Assembly: GCA_963701025.1 (NCBI GenBank) | Contig: OY969557.1 | Span: 298,405 to 362,404 of the forward strand | DNA length: 64,000 nt | DNA from: an uncultured bacterium | GTDB taxonomy: Bacteria > Patescibacteriota > Minisyncoccia > Phycocordibacterales > PALSA-1337 | Direction of reading: 5' to 3' | In this document: in pieces, positions 37,657 to 53,792 of the stretch | How the letters are laid out: each line of letters opens with the position of its first letter | Numbering within the stretch: the stretch's first letter is position 1 | Notes under the pieces: model-generated | The model's input: only the letters and a program-made list of their open reading frames with translations | Database searches by the model: none | What the model was told of the DNA's origin: nothing | Translations under genes and position numbers: made by a program

Positions 37657-40597
37657 CTATCTCCTTAAGCCCACACCATTCACAAGATGGGTCAGCGCAT
37701 CGCGCCGTGGCGATGACGCCGCTCCAAACGCTGTCTATGACGCTTTGGATCTGCTTCTTCACGGATGCGATGTCGTCGGCTGTTATCGGTAGGGTGACGA
37801 TCGGACATCTTCCCTTATCGTCCGGAGAGACGAATACCAGCGACGGCGCGATCTTTCTCTGCCTCCAGCGCGGCTCGTCGGCGAGCAAAAGCTTATAGAA
37901 TACCAGCTGGCGGAAATAATCGCCGGTCGAGCCCTTGGTCAAGCCTTTTATGGCGTTGACCGACATGGCTTGGCGGGTCTTATAATCGAAGACGTCCACT
38001 TCTTGGCCAGACTCGACAATGGCATCCAGCTTTCCATGGATCGGCATAGCTACCCTTTCACCTTTGTATGAATACTCAAACATGGATTTGACCCAGCACT
38101 CGGTGAATATAGGACCTTTGGCGTTGAAATGCGGCTCTAGAGCCTTGGCTACGGCCTGCGCATCGCTGAATAGCTCTGTTTTGACCGCTTCTTTCTCATT
38201 CATGGGCAAAAAGGATGCGCTCAAATATGCCGCTATTGCTTCTTCAATCGTTTTTTGTATGCTATCAGCGGTCCTATTCTCTTCTTTCCAAACACTGGAA
38301 ATAGCTTCGTGCATAGCCGTGCCTTTCTCGGCCGCAGGCGACGGTGCTTGCGGCAATTTCAGGATGCTTAGATACAGGAATTTGTTCGGACACTCAAGGA
38401 AGTGATTCAGGGCCGTGACAGAGAGGCCGCTGTCGAGCAAGACTTCTTTGGCAAGACCGATCATCTTGGCAGAATGAACATCTGTTAGAACGCTGCGAGC
38501 ACCGCGCGCATCTAAAGGGAGTCGGGGCAATTCGACTTCAGCGCGGGGCAGTTCAACGGGTGCGACGCTCTCTGGATCCAGCTCGGTGATGAAGCGAAGC
38601 GGCGTCAAAGCTTTGCCATCTGACTCTTCCGAGGCTGACAGGATGACAACATGCTTCTTGGCCCTTGTCAGAGCGACGTAAAAGAGCCGGCGTACATCAC
38701 GGATGTCGTGATCATCAGCCTTCTTCCGCGGCAGGACGAACGATGATCCCCTCGGCCGGCCGATCCAGGCTTCTTCCGTGGCATAGGGCATGAATACATA
38801 GTCGAACTCGAGGCCCTTTGAACCATGCGCCGTCATGGCTTGTATGGGTAGATCCGGAGCGCCGACGGAGACTTTGACCGTTTTGGAGTCGGCCGATAAT
38901 CTGTACGCGAGCAGAGATTTCATCAATTCAGCCGGGCTTTGGATATTCCCTTCTCTAGCCAAGGATTCCGCTAAAGCGACTATGCCTCTCCAAACATGGA
39001 TATAAGCCGGATCTTGAGCGACCAGGCCGATGAAACCCGATGCTTCCGCGGCGTGGACGAGGAAGCCGACGGTCCCGTCATTTAAGACCTTCCTTTGAAT
39101 GTGGACGAGGGCAGGCATCGTCTTCTCCAGATCAGCCGTCTGGCCGCTTCGCAAGCTTCTGATGAGCCTCACCGACTCTCCAAACGGCAGACCCCACATG
39201 CCAGCCGCCAAAGTCCTAGCCAAAGCCTCGTTCTTTGACGGGTCGGCCAGATATTCGATCAGGTCAAAAAATATGGCGCCTATCGGATGATGGAATATAT
39301 CGACGCTCCTTTCCGATGAGACCGGTATATGGTTCGACTCTAACAATCTAATGACCCGCTCCACATCTCGATTCCTACGGGTGATGATGGCCACGGTCGA
39401 TCTCTGTCCTGACCTATCATTATGTTCGATGATCGATCTCAATTCGCCGATAAGATACTCCTCGATTGCCGCCGCGTTCTCACCTATAACCACGTCAATG
39501 GGCCTGGTCTTTTCCTTTGCGCTGGATTTCAGCTCGATGCGGAGCTCTTTGTGCTCGTCGTTCTCGTAATTGTTCTCGATCATGGCGAAGCTGGCATCAA
39601 GTATGCCCTGGTGCGAGCGATAATTGGTGTCGAGCGAAATGACTCTCATGGCTGGCCAGCGTTTTTGCAGAAGCAGAAAATTCTCGACGGAGGCTCCTTG
39701 AAAACGATAGATGGCCTGCTTCTCGTCGCCGACAATGAAGATGTTCGGCGTCTCGAAGAATTCGGCTATGAGAGCAATGATGAAATTCTGGGCGTCATTC
39801 GTGTCCTGATGCTCGTCGACCAGAAGGTACAGGAATCTTTCTTGGACGAGGCGCAGCAGCAATTGGTCATTCCGCAAGGCCACGAGCAATTCGATGATCA
39901 GGTCATTGAAATCCATCCTCTTCCCTTCCCGTTTTCTTTTCTCATATTCAGCATAGACATCGGCGAACAAGATTGTGCGCTCACATTTTTCAATGTGTTC
40001 TTGGGCTTCAGCCTTCAACTTCCCCTTGGAAGCGCCGCGCGTCGATATCGAATCCTCGTCATCTTTAATGCGCAGGATTTCCTTAGCCGCGTGTTGGCCC
40101 ACCATGGCGGGCGTCAACGCCTCGCGCTTGGCGGCGTCTATGGCACTCATGATGGCCGGAATGTAGGCATCCGGCTTGCCCGTCGGACGTAATTGCCTGA
40201 ACTGCGCCTCAGCGAGGATGGAACGGATGAGCGACTCCTGTTCGACATCGGTCATATGCCGCAAGCCGTCAAGGTGCAGGAAATGGTTGGAGTATTCAGC
40301 TATCATGGCTGAAGCGAAGCTATGGAACGTGTGGATGGCTATGTCATGTGCGCGACTGCCTATGACTTCGCGCAGTTTGGCTCGCATGGCCTTGACCCCC
40401 GCGTCCGTATAGGTGATAGCCAGGATGCCGTGGGCCGGCGTGTCCGTCAGCTTCAGGATATTGGCGATACGCAGAGTCAGTATGGTCGTCTTGCCGGTGC
40501 CCGGGCCGGCGATGACCATGACCGGGCCTTCTATGGCATCAACCGCTTCGCGCTGTGCGGGGTTAAGTTTTGCATATCGCTCGTCAAAAGATGACAT
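37640..40597 (-). CDS. UvrD/PcrA-like helicase fused to a C-terminal PD-(D/E)XK nuclease
   Basis: AGPGTGKT, VDEHQD, GDEKQAIYRFQGA, HGSKGLEF, YVALTRA, then GKLD..DYKT and Cys cluster. Confidence 0.92.
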   Translation of the reverse strand: MSSFDERYAKLNPAQREAVDAIEGPVMVIAGPGTGKTTILTLRIANILKLTDTPAHGILAITYTDAGVKAMRAKLREVIGSRAHDIAIHTFHSFASAMIAEYSNHFLHLDGLRHMTDVEQESLIRSILAEAQFRQLRPTGKPDAYIPAIMSAIDAAKREALTPAMVGQHAAKEILRIKDDEDSISTRGASKGKLKAEAQEHIEKCERTILFADVYAEYEKRKREGKRMDFNDLIIELLVALRNDQLLLRLVQERFLYLLVDEHQDTNDAQNFIIALIAEFFETPNIFIVGDEKQAIYRFQGASVENFLLLQKRWPAMRVISLDTNYRSHQGILDASFAMIENNYENDEHKELRIELKSSAKEKTRPIDVVIGENAAAIEEYLIGELRSIIEHNDRSGQRSTVAIITRRNRDVERVIRLLESNHIPVSSERSVDIFHHPIGAIFFDLIEYLADPSKNEALARTLAAGMWGLPFGESVRLIRSLRSGQTADLEKTMPALVHIQRKVLNDGTVGFLVHAAEASGFIGLVAQDPAYIHVWRGIVALAESLAREGNIQSPAELMKSLLAYRLSADSKTVKVSVGAPDLPIQAMTAHGSKGLEFDYVFMPYATEEAWIGRPRGSSFVLPRKKADDHDIRDVRRLFYVALTRAKKHVVILSASEESDGKALTPLRFITELDPESVAPVELPRAEVELPRLPLDARGARSVLTDVHSAKMIGLAKEVLLDSGLSVTALNHFLECPNKFLYLSILKLPQAPSPAAEKGTAMHEAISSVWKEENRTADSIQKTIEEAIAAYLSASFLPMNEKEAVKTELFSDAQAVAKALEPHFNAKGPIFTECWVKSMFEYSYKGERVAMPIHGKLDAIVESGQEVDVFDYKTRQAMSVNAIKGLTKGSTGDYFRQLVFYKLLLADEPRWRQRKIAPSLVFVSPDDKGRCPIVTLPITADDIASVKKQIQSVIDSVWSGVIATARCADPSCEWCGLKEIAIGSR

Positions 40598-40622
40598 GAG
40601 CGTATTGTATCACGCGGCTTTT

Positions 40623-41872
<1,250 letters not shown>

Positions 41873-41970
41873 ATGGTAGAAGAATTGGTTAGTGACTTAA
41901 CTGGATGATTGTACAGCACCTCCAAAATATGCGCAAGTGATTGGGCATAATGCCTGCTGGGAATGACCTA

Positions 41971-43806
41971 TTATTCCCTCCTCCATTTCCCTATATCCGC
42001 CTTTCGCATGGAGAGCGCCTGGCATTTCTTGGCCAATTCGGCCACAAGAGCTCCGTTACCGGTGCGTTCGGCGGCTTTGAGCTCCTGCATGGTGGCGATC
42101 AATTCTTCGCTCACCAGATCTTCCTCGAAATTGATCAGCAATTCCTTCATGTGTTTATCCCAATGCTTCTCATCGGCTCCGAAGAAGGCTTCAGCTTCAA
42201 AGAGGAGATCATCCGTCATCGCTCGGGCGCGTTCGGCACGGGCATCATATGAATGGCCCGCGGCTTTCTTTATCAGATCCTTGTATTCTTCTACCTTCGC
42301 AGATTTCTCTTTGGCCATGAGGGCGAGCAGACCGAAGAGGCGGCGCTCGATGAGGTCGATGCGCCGAGGGATCTCGCTGGTGGTGCGAGCTGAGGGTGAT
42401 TGAGAATTGGGAATTGATGATTGCGAATTTGGAGAAACGTCTTCTTTCTTGATCCTTGCAGCGACTACCTTCACATCCTGCCATACAGAATCAACCGGCA
42501 ATTTGGCCCGATCGGCGATCATGGTAACGAAGTGCGATTGGTCGCTTGAGTTTTCGATGCGGGCCAGAAGAGGCAATACTCTCTCGGTCACGGCCTTCGC
42601 GGTTTTGCGGGCATCAACAGAGCTTTTGTCGCCTCCTTTCCCTGAGGCGACATTCTTTCCGCCGCCGAATTCCCGCAGGATATTATCGAGCTCGAACTCG
42701 ATGACCGGTTTGGCCGTGCGCAGGACGTCTTTCCATTTTTTGACGTCTTCCCTGACCAGATCGGCCGGGTCCTTGCCTCCGGTGATGTCGGCCACCTTGA
42801 CGTCCATGCCCAGACTAAGGGCGATGCCGGCGGCGCGAAGAGCGGCTTTCCTACCGGCGGAGTCGGCATCGAAAGCGATAATGACATTGGGCGACAAGCG
42901 CCGGACGAGACCGAGGTTCGAGACCGCGCCGGAAGCACTGATGGTCTCGTCGGCAAGAGCCGTGCCGGAGGCGGCCACGGTGTTCCGTATGCCTGCTTGG
43001 TGCGACATGACGAGGTCCATCTGTCCTTCGACGAATATGGAATAATTGAGCCGGCGGATCTCGCTCTTGGCCTTGTCCAAACCGTAGAGAATGAGGGATT
43101 TGTCATACAAAGGCGTATCCGGGCTGTTCAGATATTTCGCCGATTTTCCGTCGTCCTTGAGGATGCGACCGGAGAAAGCCACGACGCGCCCGCTCGAATC
43201 GGTTATAGGGAATATGATCCGGCCGCGGAAACGGTCATAGAATTTCCCGTCTTCGGTTTTTTTGCCGAGACCGGCTTTTTCCATGAGCGAATCGGGGTAT
43301 TTCAGCTTACGCAAATGATCTATCAGATTTTGCCAACCCTCGGGGACCCAGCCTATCCTGAATTCTTTTCTAGTAGCGTCCGCGATGCCGCGGCTCTTCA
43401 CATATTCCCGCGCGGCTATCGAAGACGTGTCAGACGACTTTTCAAATTGCGCCTCGAAATATTTCGCCGCTTCTTCCATTATCTGATAGAGCCGGTCGCG
43501 CTCGCCGTCGGCTTTCTGATCATAGGTCAATTTCACCCCGGCTTTTTCGGCGAGGATCTTCAGGGCCCCACGGAAGTCCAATCCTTCGAACTGCTCGACG
43601 AATGAGAATATGTCGCCCTTGGCGTTACAGCCAAAGCAATAATAGCCGCCACGATCCGGCGAGACGAAAAATGACGCCGTCTTCTCGTTGTGGAACGGAC
43701 ATCTTGCCTTGAACGACTTGCCCGCCTTTTCCAGCTTGACATAGGAGCCGATGAGCTCCTCGATGGGTATGCGGGCCTTGATCTCTTCGACGGCGGTGCG
43801 GTTCAT
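41971..43806 (-). CDS. dnaG: DNA primase
   Basis: CPFHNEKTASF...CFGC zinc finger, DRFRGRIIFPI, KYLNSPDT, EGQMD and FDAD. Confidence 0.97.
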   Translation of the reverse strand: MNRTAVEEIKARIPIEELIGSYVKLEKAGKSFKARCPFHNEKTASFFVSPDRGGYYCFGCNAKGDIFSFVEQFEGLDFRGALKILAEKAGVKLTYDQKADGERDRLYQIMEEAAKYFEAQFEKSSDTSSIAAREYVKSRGIADATRKEFRIGWVPEGWQNLIDHLRKLKYPDSLMEKAGLGKKTEDGKFYDRFRGRIIFPITDSSGRVVAFSGRILKDDGKSAKYLNSPDTPLYDKSLILYGLDKAKSEIRRLNYSIFVEGQMDLVMSHQAGIRNTVAASGTALADETISASGAVSNLGLVRRLSPNVIIAFDADSAGRKAALRAAGIALSLGMDVKVADITGGKDPADLVREDVKKWKDVLRTAKPVIEFELDNILREFGGGKNVASGKGGDKSSVDARKTAKAVTERVLPLLARIENSSDQSHFVTMIADRAKLPVDSVWQDVKVVAARIKKEDVSPNSQSSIPNSQSPSARTTSEIPRRIDLIERRLFGLLALMAKEKSAKVEEYKDLIKKAAGHSYDARAERARAMTDDLLFEAEAFFGADEKHWDKHMKELLINFEEDLVSEELIATMQELKAAERTGNGALVAELAKKCQALSMRKADIGKWRRE

Positions 43807-44035
43807 GAGGTCATTATACCCCAAAATCATTTATACAGAGCCTTTATATCCTTTACAATTTCCGGAAATTTCGCGCCTATAAAATGGCCGCGATTTTTGA
43901 AGGGTACGCGCGAGCCCTTGGCAACGCCATTGCGTATTTCTTGAATTCTGCAAGATGCACGAGCTTGTCATCAGTGCTGTAATATAAATGTACCTTTTCG
44001 CCATAATCTGCAAGACGGCTCATGTTTTTAGGAAG

Positions 44036-44075
44036 AATAAAATCAGCAAGAGATTCCTTTGGACTTTTGCTGATT
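44036..44075 (-). terminator. Probable terminator hairpin after rpoC
   Basis: AATCAGCAA...TTGCTGATT inverted repeat followed by T-rich sequence on the minus strand. Confidence 0.45.
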
Positions 44076-44173
44076 GATGAAGCTGAGACTAGGAATATAC
44101 CGACAGTTTTTTCTTATCTCATAAATCGGTCTGCCTCCGCCAATGGGCGGCCGGCGGATCTTAAATCCCTTTT

Positions 44174-47998
<3,825 letters not shown>

Positions 47999-48034
47999 GG
48001 TATTGGTAATTAATGGGCCGGTATATATTAAGTT

Positions 48035-48571
48035 TTACTGCGTAATGGTGATCGGCACCGATTGGCCGCCGTAGCCGACGATGTATGCGGTCAGGGTGTA
48101 ATTGCCGGGAGGAAGCTTGAAGACGCTCGGATAATGGACGACTTGGACTTGGCGGATATTGTGCGGCGCGACGACGATCGAAGCCGGAGCGGGCAGGCAT
48201 GAGGTGTGCGCGAGCATGTCGAAGCCGCCGATATCGTAATTACCCATGCAACCGTTCTTGAACGAGAGCGTGGTGGAAGCATTCGTCAGATTGAGGACGG
48301 TTATGGTGATGGGAATTATTTGATTCTGGCCGTAGGTCGATGTGGCAATAGTGACGGAATATGCCAAAGTGGGCTGGCCTGCTTGGACCCCGGATATGGT
48401 CGCGGTCGAAGAAGACATATTCTCCGTAGACGTCGAAACTGCATACGTGTCCGAGGAATGCATCGCACTTCCTTTGTAAAGAGACGAATGGACCAACGCG
48501 CCGACGAGCAGGATTAGGACGATAAGAGCGATGAAGGAGACCATCGGGTTCTTTTGAATGTAGTTTTTCAT
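48035..48571 (-). CDS. Membrane-anchored Ig-like (BsuPI-like) hypothetical protein between rpoB and rpoC
   Basis: N-terminal TM, Ser/Thr linker, ITITVLNLTNASTTLSF..GC and LPPGNYTLTAYI. Confidence 0.7.
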   Translation of the reverse strand: MKNYIQKNPMVSFIALIVLILLVGALVHSSLYKGSAMHSSDTYAVSTSTENMSSSTATISGVQAGQPTLAYSVTIATSTYGQNQIIPITITVLNLTNASTTLSFKNGCMGNYDIGGFDMLAHTSCLPAPASIVVAPHNIRQVQVVHYPSVFKLPPGNYTLTAYIVGYGGQSVPITITQ

Positions 48572-48595
48572 GATTTTATTTATTAAATCTTAAAT

Positions 48596-51500
48596 TTATT
48601 CCTCTGTGACTACGGGTTTTTTCGCCAATTCGACGTTGAGCGACAATCCGCGCAGAGTCTTCGAGCAAGACGTTGAACGACGCAGGAAGGTTCGGCAGCT
48701 TCATGCGCTCACCTTTGACGATGGCGTCGAAAGTGGCGGAACGGCCTATGATGTCGTCTGACTTGACGGTCAGGACCTCGCGGAGAGTATGAGCGGCGCC
48801 GTGGCCGAGGAGGGCCCAGACTTCCATTTCTCCGAAGCGCTGGCCTCCGCCTTGGGCCTTGCCGCCGAGCGGCTGTTGGGTGATGAGCGAGTACGGACCG
48901 ATGGAACGCATATGTATCTTGTCTTCAACCATGTGGTGGAGCTTCAGTATGTACATATAGCCGACGGCGATGGGCTGATTGAAATAGTCTCCGGTGCGGC
49001 CGTCGCGGAGACGCATCTTACCGGAGGCGTCGTAGCCCGCCTTGACCAGCTCTTCCTTGATCTCGGCGTCGGTGGCACCCATGAACGGCGGCACGATGGC
49101 TTGATAGCCGAGGGACATGGCGGCTAGGCCGAGGTGAAGCTCGAGGATCTGGCCGAGGTTCATGCGGGACGGCACGCCAAGCGGAGTCAGGATAACGTCG
49201 ATCGGAGTGCCGTCGTCCATGTACGGCATGTCTTCCTCGGGAAGGATCTTGGAAATGACGCCCTTGTTGCCGTGACGTCCGGCCATCTTGTCGCCGACGG
49301 AGACGTTACGGACCTGGGCGACCTCGATGTAGATCTTCTTGATGATGCCGGATTCGAGCTTGTCGCCTTTCTCGCGCGAGAATATCTTTACGGAAATGAT
49401 GCGGCCGCGCTTGCCGTTCTCCATGCGCTTGGACGTATCCTTCACGTCGCGGGCCTTTTCTCCGAAAATGGAACGGAGAAGCGCTTCTTCCGGAGTCAGC
49501 TGGGTCTCGCCTTTTGGCGAAATCTTGCCGACAAGGATATCGCCAGGCCTGACTTCGGCACCGATCCTGACGATCCCTTCCTCGGTCAGATTCTTGAGCT
49601 TGGCTTCGCCGACGTTCGGGATATCGCAAGTGGTGACTTCAGGACCGAGCTTGGTGTCGCGGACATTGACCACGAATTCTTCTATGTGGATCGAGCTCCA
49701 CTTGGCATTCTTGACCACGCGCTCGGACAAGATGATGGCGTCCTCGTAGTTCGAACCGGACCAGGACATGAATGCGACGAGAGCGTTATGGCCGAGGGCG
49801 ATCTCCCCTTTGTCGGAGGTCGACGTATCGGCCAGGATATCGCCTTTCTTGACCTTGTCGCCGATGGAGACGATCGGACGCTGATGGAAGGCGGTGAAGC
49901 CGTTGGTGCGGGAGAAGAGGACTAGATTGTATTCGTGGCTCTTGCCCGTCTTTTTCGACTTGAAGACGATCTTCTTGGCGTCAACGTGGGTTATCTCGCC
50001 GTCCTCTTTCGCAACGATGATGCGTCCGGTGTCTATGACGGCTTTTGCTTCCATGCCGGTGGCCACGACCGGGGCTTCGGGGATCAGGCATGGCGTGGCT
50101 TGTTTTTGCATGTTCGATCCCATCAAAGCGCGGTTGGCGTCGTCATGGTTCAGGAACGGGATGAGCGAAGTGGCGATGGAAAATGCCTGGTTGGTTGCGA
50201 CATCGATATAGTCGACGTCCGCGGGTTTAGCCAATGCCGGACTGCCGTTGATGCGCACTTCGACTTCGTCCTCGAGGATCTTGCCATCGGGACCGAAAGC
50301 CGTGGCGGCGTGGGCGATGCGGAAGTTCTCTTCTTCAAGGGCATTCATGTACACGATCTCCTTCTGGATGACGCCGTCCCTTGACCTTGGCATACGGCGT
50401 CTCGATCATGCCGAAATCGTTGATGCGAGCATAGGCGGTCAGACGGAGGACCAGACCGATGTTCGGGCCTTCCGGCGTATGGATGGGACAGAGGCGGCCG
50501 TAGTGCGACGGGTGGACGTCGCGGACTTCGAAGCCGGCGCGCTCGCGCGAGAGGCCGCCGGGGCCGAGAGCGGTCAGTGTGCGCAGATGCTCGATCTCGC
50601 CCAAGACGTTCTCCTGTTGCATGAATTGCGAGAGCTGGTTGGTGGTGAAAAATTCTTTGATACGGGCCTGTAGAGGACGCGGATATATGAATGAGACGGG
50701 CAAAGTGACGTCCGGTTCGACGGTGGACATCTTGTCCTGGATGTTCCGCTTCATCTGTGTCAGGCCCAGACGGATCCTCTGCTCCAGAAGCTCGCCCACG
50801 TAACGGACGCGGCGGCTTCCGAGATGGTCGATATCGTCCGGAGCCATGTCCGGGGTGGTCGAGAGCATGACGATGTGATTCACCGTGGTGGCGATATCAT
50901 CGAGCGTTATCGTCCTGCTTGTCGAGGTCTTTTTCCGTCCATTGACTTGTTGAAGCGCTTGTTGAAGCGGAAGCGGCCGACGCGGGAAATGTCGTAGCGG
51001 TCGGCTTTCAATATGCCTGAAATGAACGAACGGGCGTTCTCGGCCGTGGCCAAGTCGCCGTCGCGCAGGCGCTTGTGGATCTCCATGTAGGCGTCGTCCA
51101 CGGTCTTGGCGTGATCTTTGGCCAAAGTGAGCTCGATGATTTTCTTCGCTTCGGCGTTCCCCTTGAAGAGTTCGAGGATCTTCTCATTTGTGTCGGCGCC
51201 CAGGACGCGCAGGAGCGAGGTTATGGGGAATTTCCTCTTGCGGTCGATGCGGCAATAGATCGTGCCGTCGGTGTCCGTCTCGATCTCCATCCAAACGCCG
51301 CGGGCCGGTATGATCTTCGCGCCGAAGTAGTTCTTGCCTTTGACCTCGTTCCCCGTGAAGAATATGCCGAAAGAGCGGGCGAGCTGTGGCGCGATGACGC
51401 GCTCGACGCCGTTGATGATGAAGGTGCCGTGATCCGTCATGAGCGGGAAATCCGCCAGGAACATTTCCTGCTCTTTGATCACGTTCAAGGATTTGTTCTT

Positions 51501-51788
51501 GAGGGTGACTTTGACTTTGAGCTGGCCTTCGTAGTTGAGTTTCTTGTCCTTGGCGTAATGCTCGTCGTATTTAGGCCTGACGAGCTCGAGCCCTCCGATC
51601 GAGAGTTCGAATTTCTTGCCGGCATAGTCCATGATCGGCGAGAACTCCTTGAGCAGGTTCGAGAAGCCGTGCTCCAGGACCCAGGCGAACGAGGTCAGTT
51701 GCGACTCCACCAGGTTCGGCATCTCCGCGAGCGGGGCCTGATAGCGCGAGAAATATTTCTTCGGACGAGCCGGGGCGGATGTGATCAT
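48596..51788 (-). CDS. rpoB: RNA polymerase beta subunit (four +1 frameshifts)
   Basis: [45 protein letters not shown] and GGQRFGEME, spread over three ORFs. Confidence 0.97.
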
Positions 51789-52032
51789 GTTTTTAATATT
51801 AAATAGTAAACAGACGCAAAAATGGCCGTTATGATAACGGTTCTATTGATTTTAGGCCGATTAGGCTGATATGGACACTGGGTAGGAGTGATTGTGGGCC
51901 CTTTCTAATCCTCCGCTAAGGCAGAACTCAATCTGCGAAGTTGGGGCTACCTTATCAGATGGGTGTCTGGGAGTCAAGTTGACAAAATAATATGGATATG
52001 CTAATATTTCGGCGAACTACGAAAGGAGCACT

Positions 52033-52443
52033 ATGAAAGAATATGTCATGTATGTTTATGGCTTTACGGTCACTCGCGGTATGCTTGATGAACTTGGGCA
52101 TGCAAATTACAACAAGATCAAAGAACATCTTGAGATTGCGCGGCACAGGCTTTGCAAGTTCCTGGGTTTTGGGCGGAAAACCCTACGCAAACGACTTGGT
52201 CTCGGATTGTTCATGTTACAGGACGCTTACAAGTATCATGAACAATTAAAGGAAGGGGACGTGTTGTTTACGCTGGCGCAAATCGCTATTGACGGACGGA
52301 CAAGTAGGATCCTCAATCAGTTTCTCAATTTCCTCCCAATCCTGCCTGAAAGCTTCAGCGACAATTTTAGGATCGGAAGACTTTGTACGCTCATACCATT
52401 TAAGAGCATCTTGGGAACGTCTTTCTTCGGCTGGATCCTTTAA
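52033..52443 (+). CDS. Acyl-CoA thioesterase (hotdog/4HBT)-like ORF, probably 3'-truncated
   Basis: LDELGHANY..EIAR, YHEQLKEGD; RBS AAGGAG and TTGACA promoter. The C-terminus overlaps an antisense ORF. Confidence 0.55.
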   Translation: MKEYVMYVYGFTVTRGMLDELGHANYNKIKEHLEIARHRLCKFLGFGRKTLRKRLGLGLFMLQDAYKYHEQLKEGDVLFTLAQIAIDGRTSRILNQFLNFLPILPESFSDNFRIGRLCTLIPFKSILGTSFFGWIL

Positions 52444-52512
52444 GGCTTGTCTAATAGCCATAGTTCTCCAAAAAGTATTGCCTGACTCTACTGGTTTCTT
52501 GTCTTTGGTCAT
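52246..52512 (-). CDS. Hypothetical protein, possibly truncated
   Basis: 88-aa ORF starting 7 bp after the 52519..52920 ORF; overlaps the thioesterase-like ORF. Confidence 0.35.
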   Translation of the reverse strand: MTKDKKPVESGNTFWRTMAIRQALKDPAEERRSQDALKWYERTKSSDPKIVAEAFRQDWEEIEKLIEDPTCPSVNSDLRQRKQHVPFL

Positions 52513-52518
52513 AAGAGA

Positions 52519-52920
52519 TTATCTTTTTAAATCATTAATCATTCCGACGAGCTCATTGTGGTTTCTGTCTATCTTCTCATCAAGAGATTTCATACTATCA
52601 AAAACAATCGCCAGATTGTCTTTGAAACCATCTCTAAGTAAAGTGTTATGACGAGGTACTTCTTCCCTAAAGTCAGCGAGGCTTCTAGTCAACGCATCGA
52701 GGCGTTTATCAACACCGTCGAATCTTTTATCTATGCCGTCGAAACGGACAGTAGTCTCCGAACGAAATGATTGCATGTCTTCTTTGAAGATATGCATCTC
52801 CTCTTTGAAATCACCGAAGTCGAAGCGAAAATTACGCATCTCACCCCTGAATTCGTTGAAATCATTCAACGTCACATATTCTGGCATTGAAAATGGGCTC
52901 TTGATCATAATAGACATCAA
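52519..52920 (-). CDS. Heptad-repeat coiled-coil protein
   Basis: EFRGEM/DFKEEM/IFKEDM and RFDGIDK/RFDGVDK repeats. Confidence 0.7.
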   Translation of the reverse strand: MMSIMIKSPFSMPEYVTLNDFNEFRGEMRNFRFDFGDFKEEMHIFKEDMQSFRSETTVRFDGIDKRFDGVDKRLDALTRSLADFREEVPRHNTLLRDGFKDNLAIVFDSMKSLDEKIDRNHNELVGMINDLKR

Positions 52921-53089
52921 TAATTAATTGCATTATCTGATAAAACCAGCCCCCAAGAATGTACCAGCCTCCAAGAATACGTTTAGACTAACTTGATAGC
53001 TTGATTTTATCAGAACAAAAAAGCCTCGCGCAAGCTCACACGCGCGAGAAAATGTGTCGGAATTATTTTGCCCCTTTTAAATCGGATTT

Positions 53090-53776
53090 TTATTTCCTAA
53101 ATCTCTTCTTTTTCCACTCATCCATCTTGGCATGATGACCGGAAAGCAGGATCTTAGGCACTTTGTATCTCTTCCCTTTATAAACGATGACTTCCGGCCT
53201 GGTGTAGACGTCGGGACTGGCTATCCGCGACTCCTCGACGGACGAATCATGGCCGAGCGTGCCGGGGATGCGCCGGGTGACGGCATCGATGACGATCATG
53301 GCCGGCAATTCCCCGCCGGTAAGGACATACGGGCCGACGGAGACGTCGATCATGGGAAATGCTTTTTTGATACGGGCATCGATACCTTCATATCTCCCGC
53401 ATACCAATATAATGTCCGTGTATTTCTTATATGAATCGGCGACCGTATTGGAGAATTGCTTTCCTGCCGGGCTGAAGAAAATTATCTTTGCATTTTTTGC
53501 TCCTTTCAATGCTTTCTCGATCGCTCGCATGACCGGCAGTGCCTCGATGACCATTCCCGGCCCTCCTCCATACGGACGATTGTCTACTCGCCGGTCGGTA
53601 TATGTCAACGCGGTCTTTCTTTCTTTTCCAGATTTTTTCGCGGGAAAGACAAAGTCGCGCGGATTGTAGCGTTTGATGGAAATTATTCCCTTTTCCTGCG
53701 CGCGCCTGACGATGGACGCATCCAGGTAAGATTCAAGGCTCTCCGGAAAGAGAGTGATGATGTGGAACGTAGTCAT
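53090..53776 (-). CDS. trmD: tRNA (guanine37-N1)-methyltransferase
   Basis: ITLFPE, DNRPYGGGPGMV, CGRYEGID, YVLTGGE and LSGHHA. Confidence 0.97.
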   Translation of the reverse strand: MTTFHIITLFPESLESYLDASIVRRAQEKGIISIKRYNPRDFVFPAKKSGKERKTALTYTDRRVDNRPYGGGPGMVIEALPVMRAIEKALKGAKNAKIIFFSPAGKQFSNTVADSYKKYTDIILVCGRYEGIDARIKKAFPMIDVSVGPYVLTGGELPAMIVIDAVTRRIPGTLGHDSSVEESRIASPDVYTRPEVIVYKGKRYKVPKILLSGHHAKMDEWKKKRFRK

Positions 53777-53792
53777 GAATTGTTGCAGACTC

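Noticed and set aside
48596-51788. Genuinely split rpoB or programmed frameshifting
   Set aside because: Multiple scattered single-base insertions without shared slippery sites are better explained by read error.
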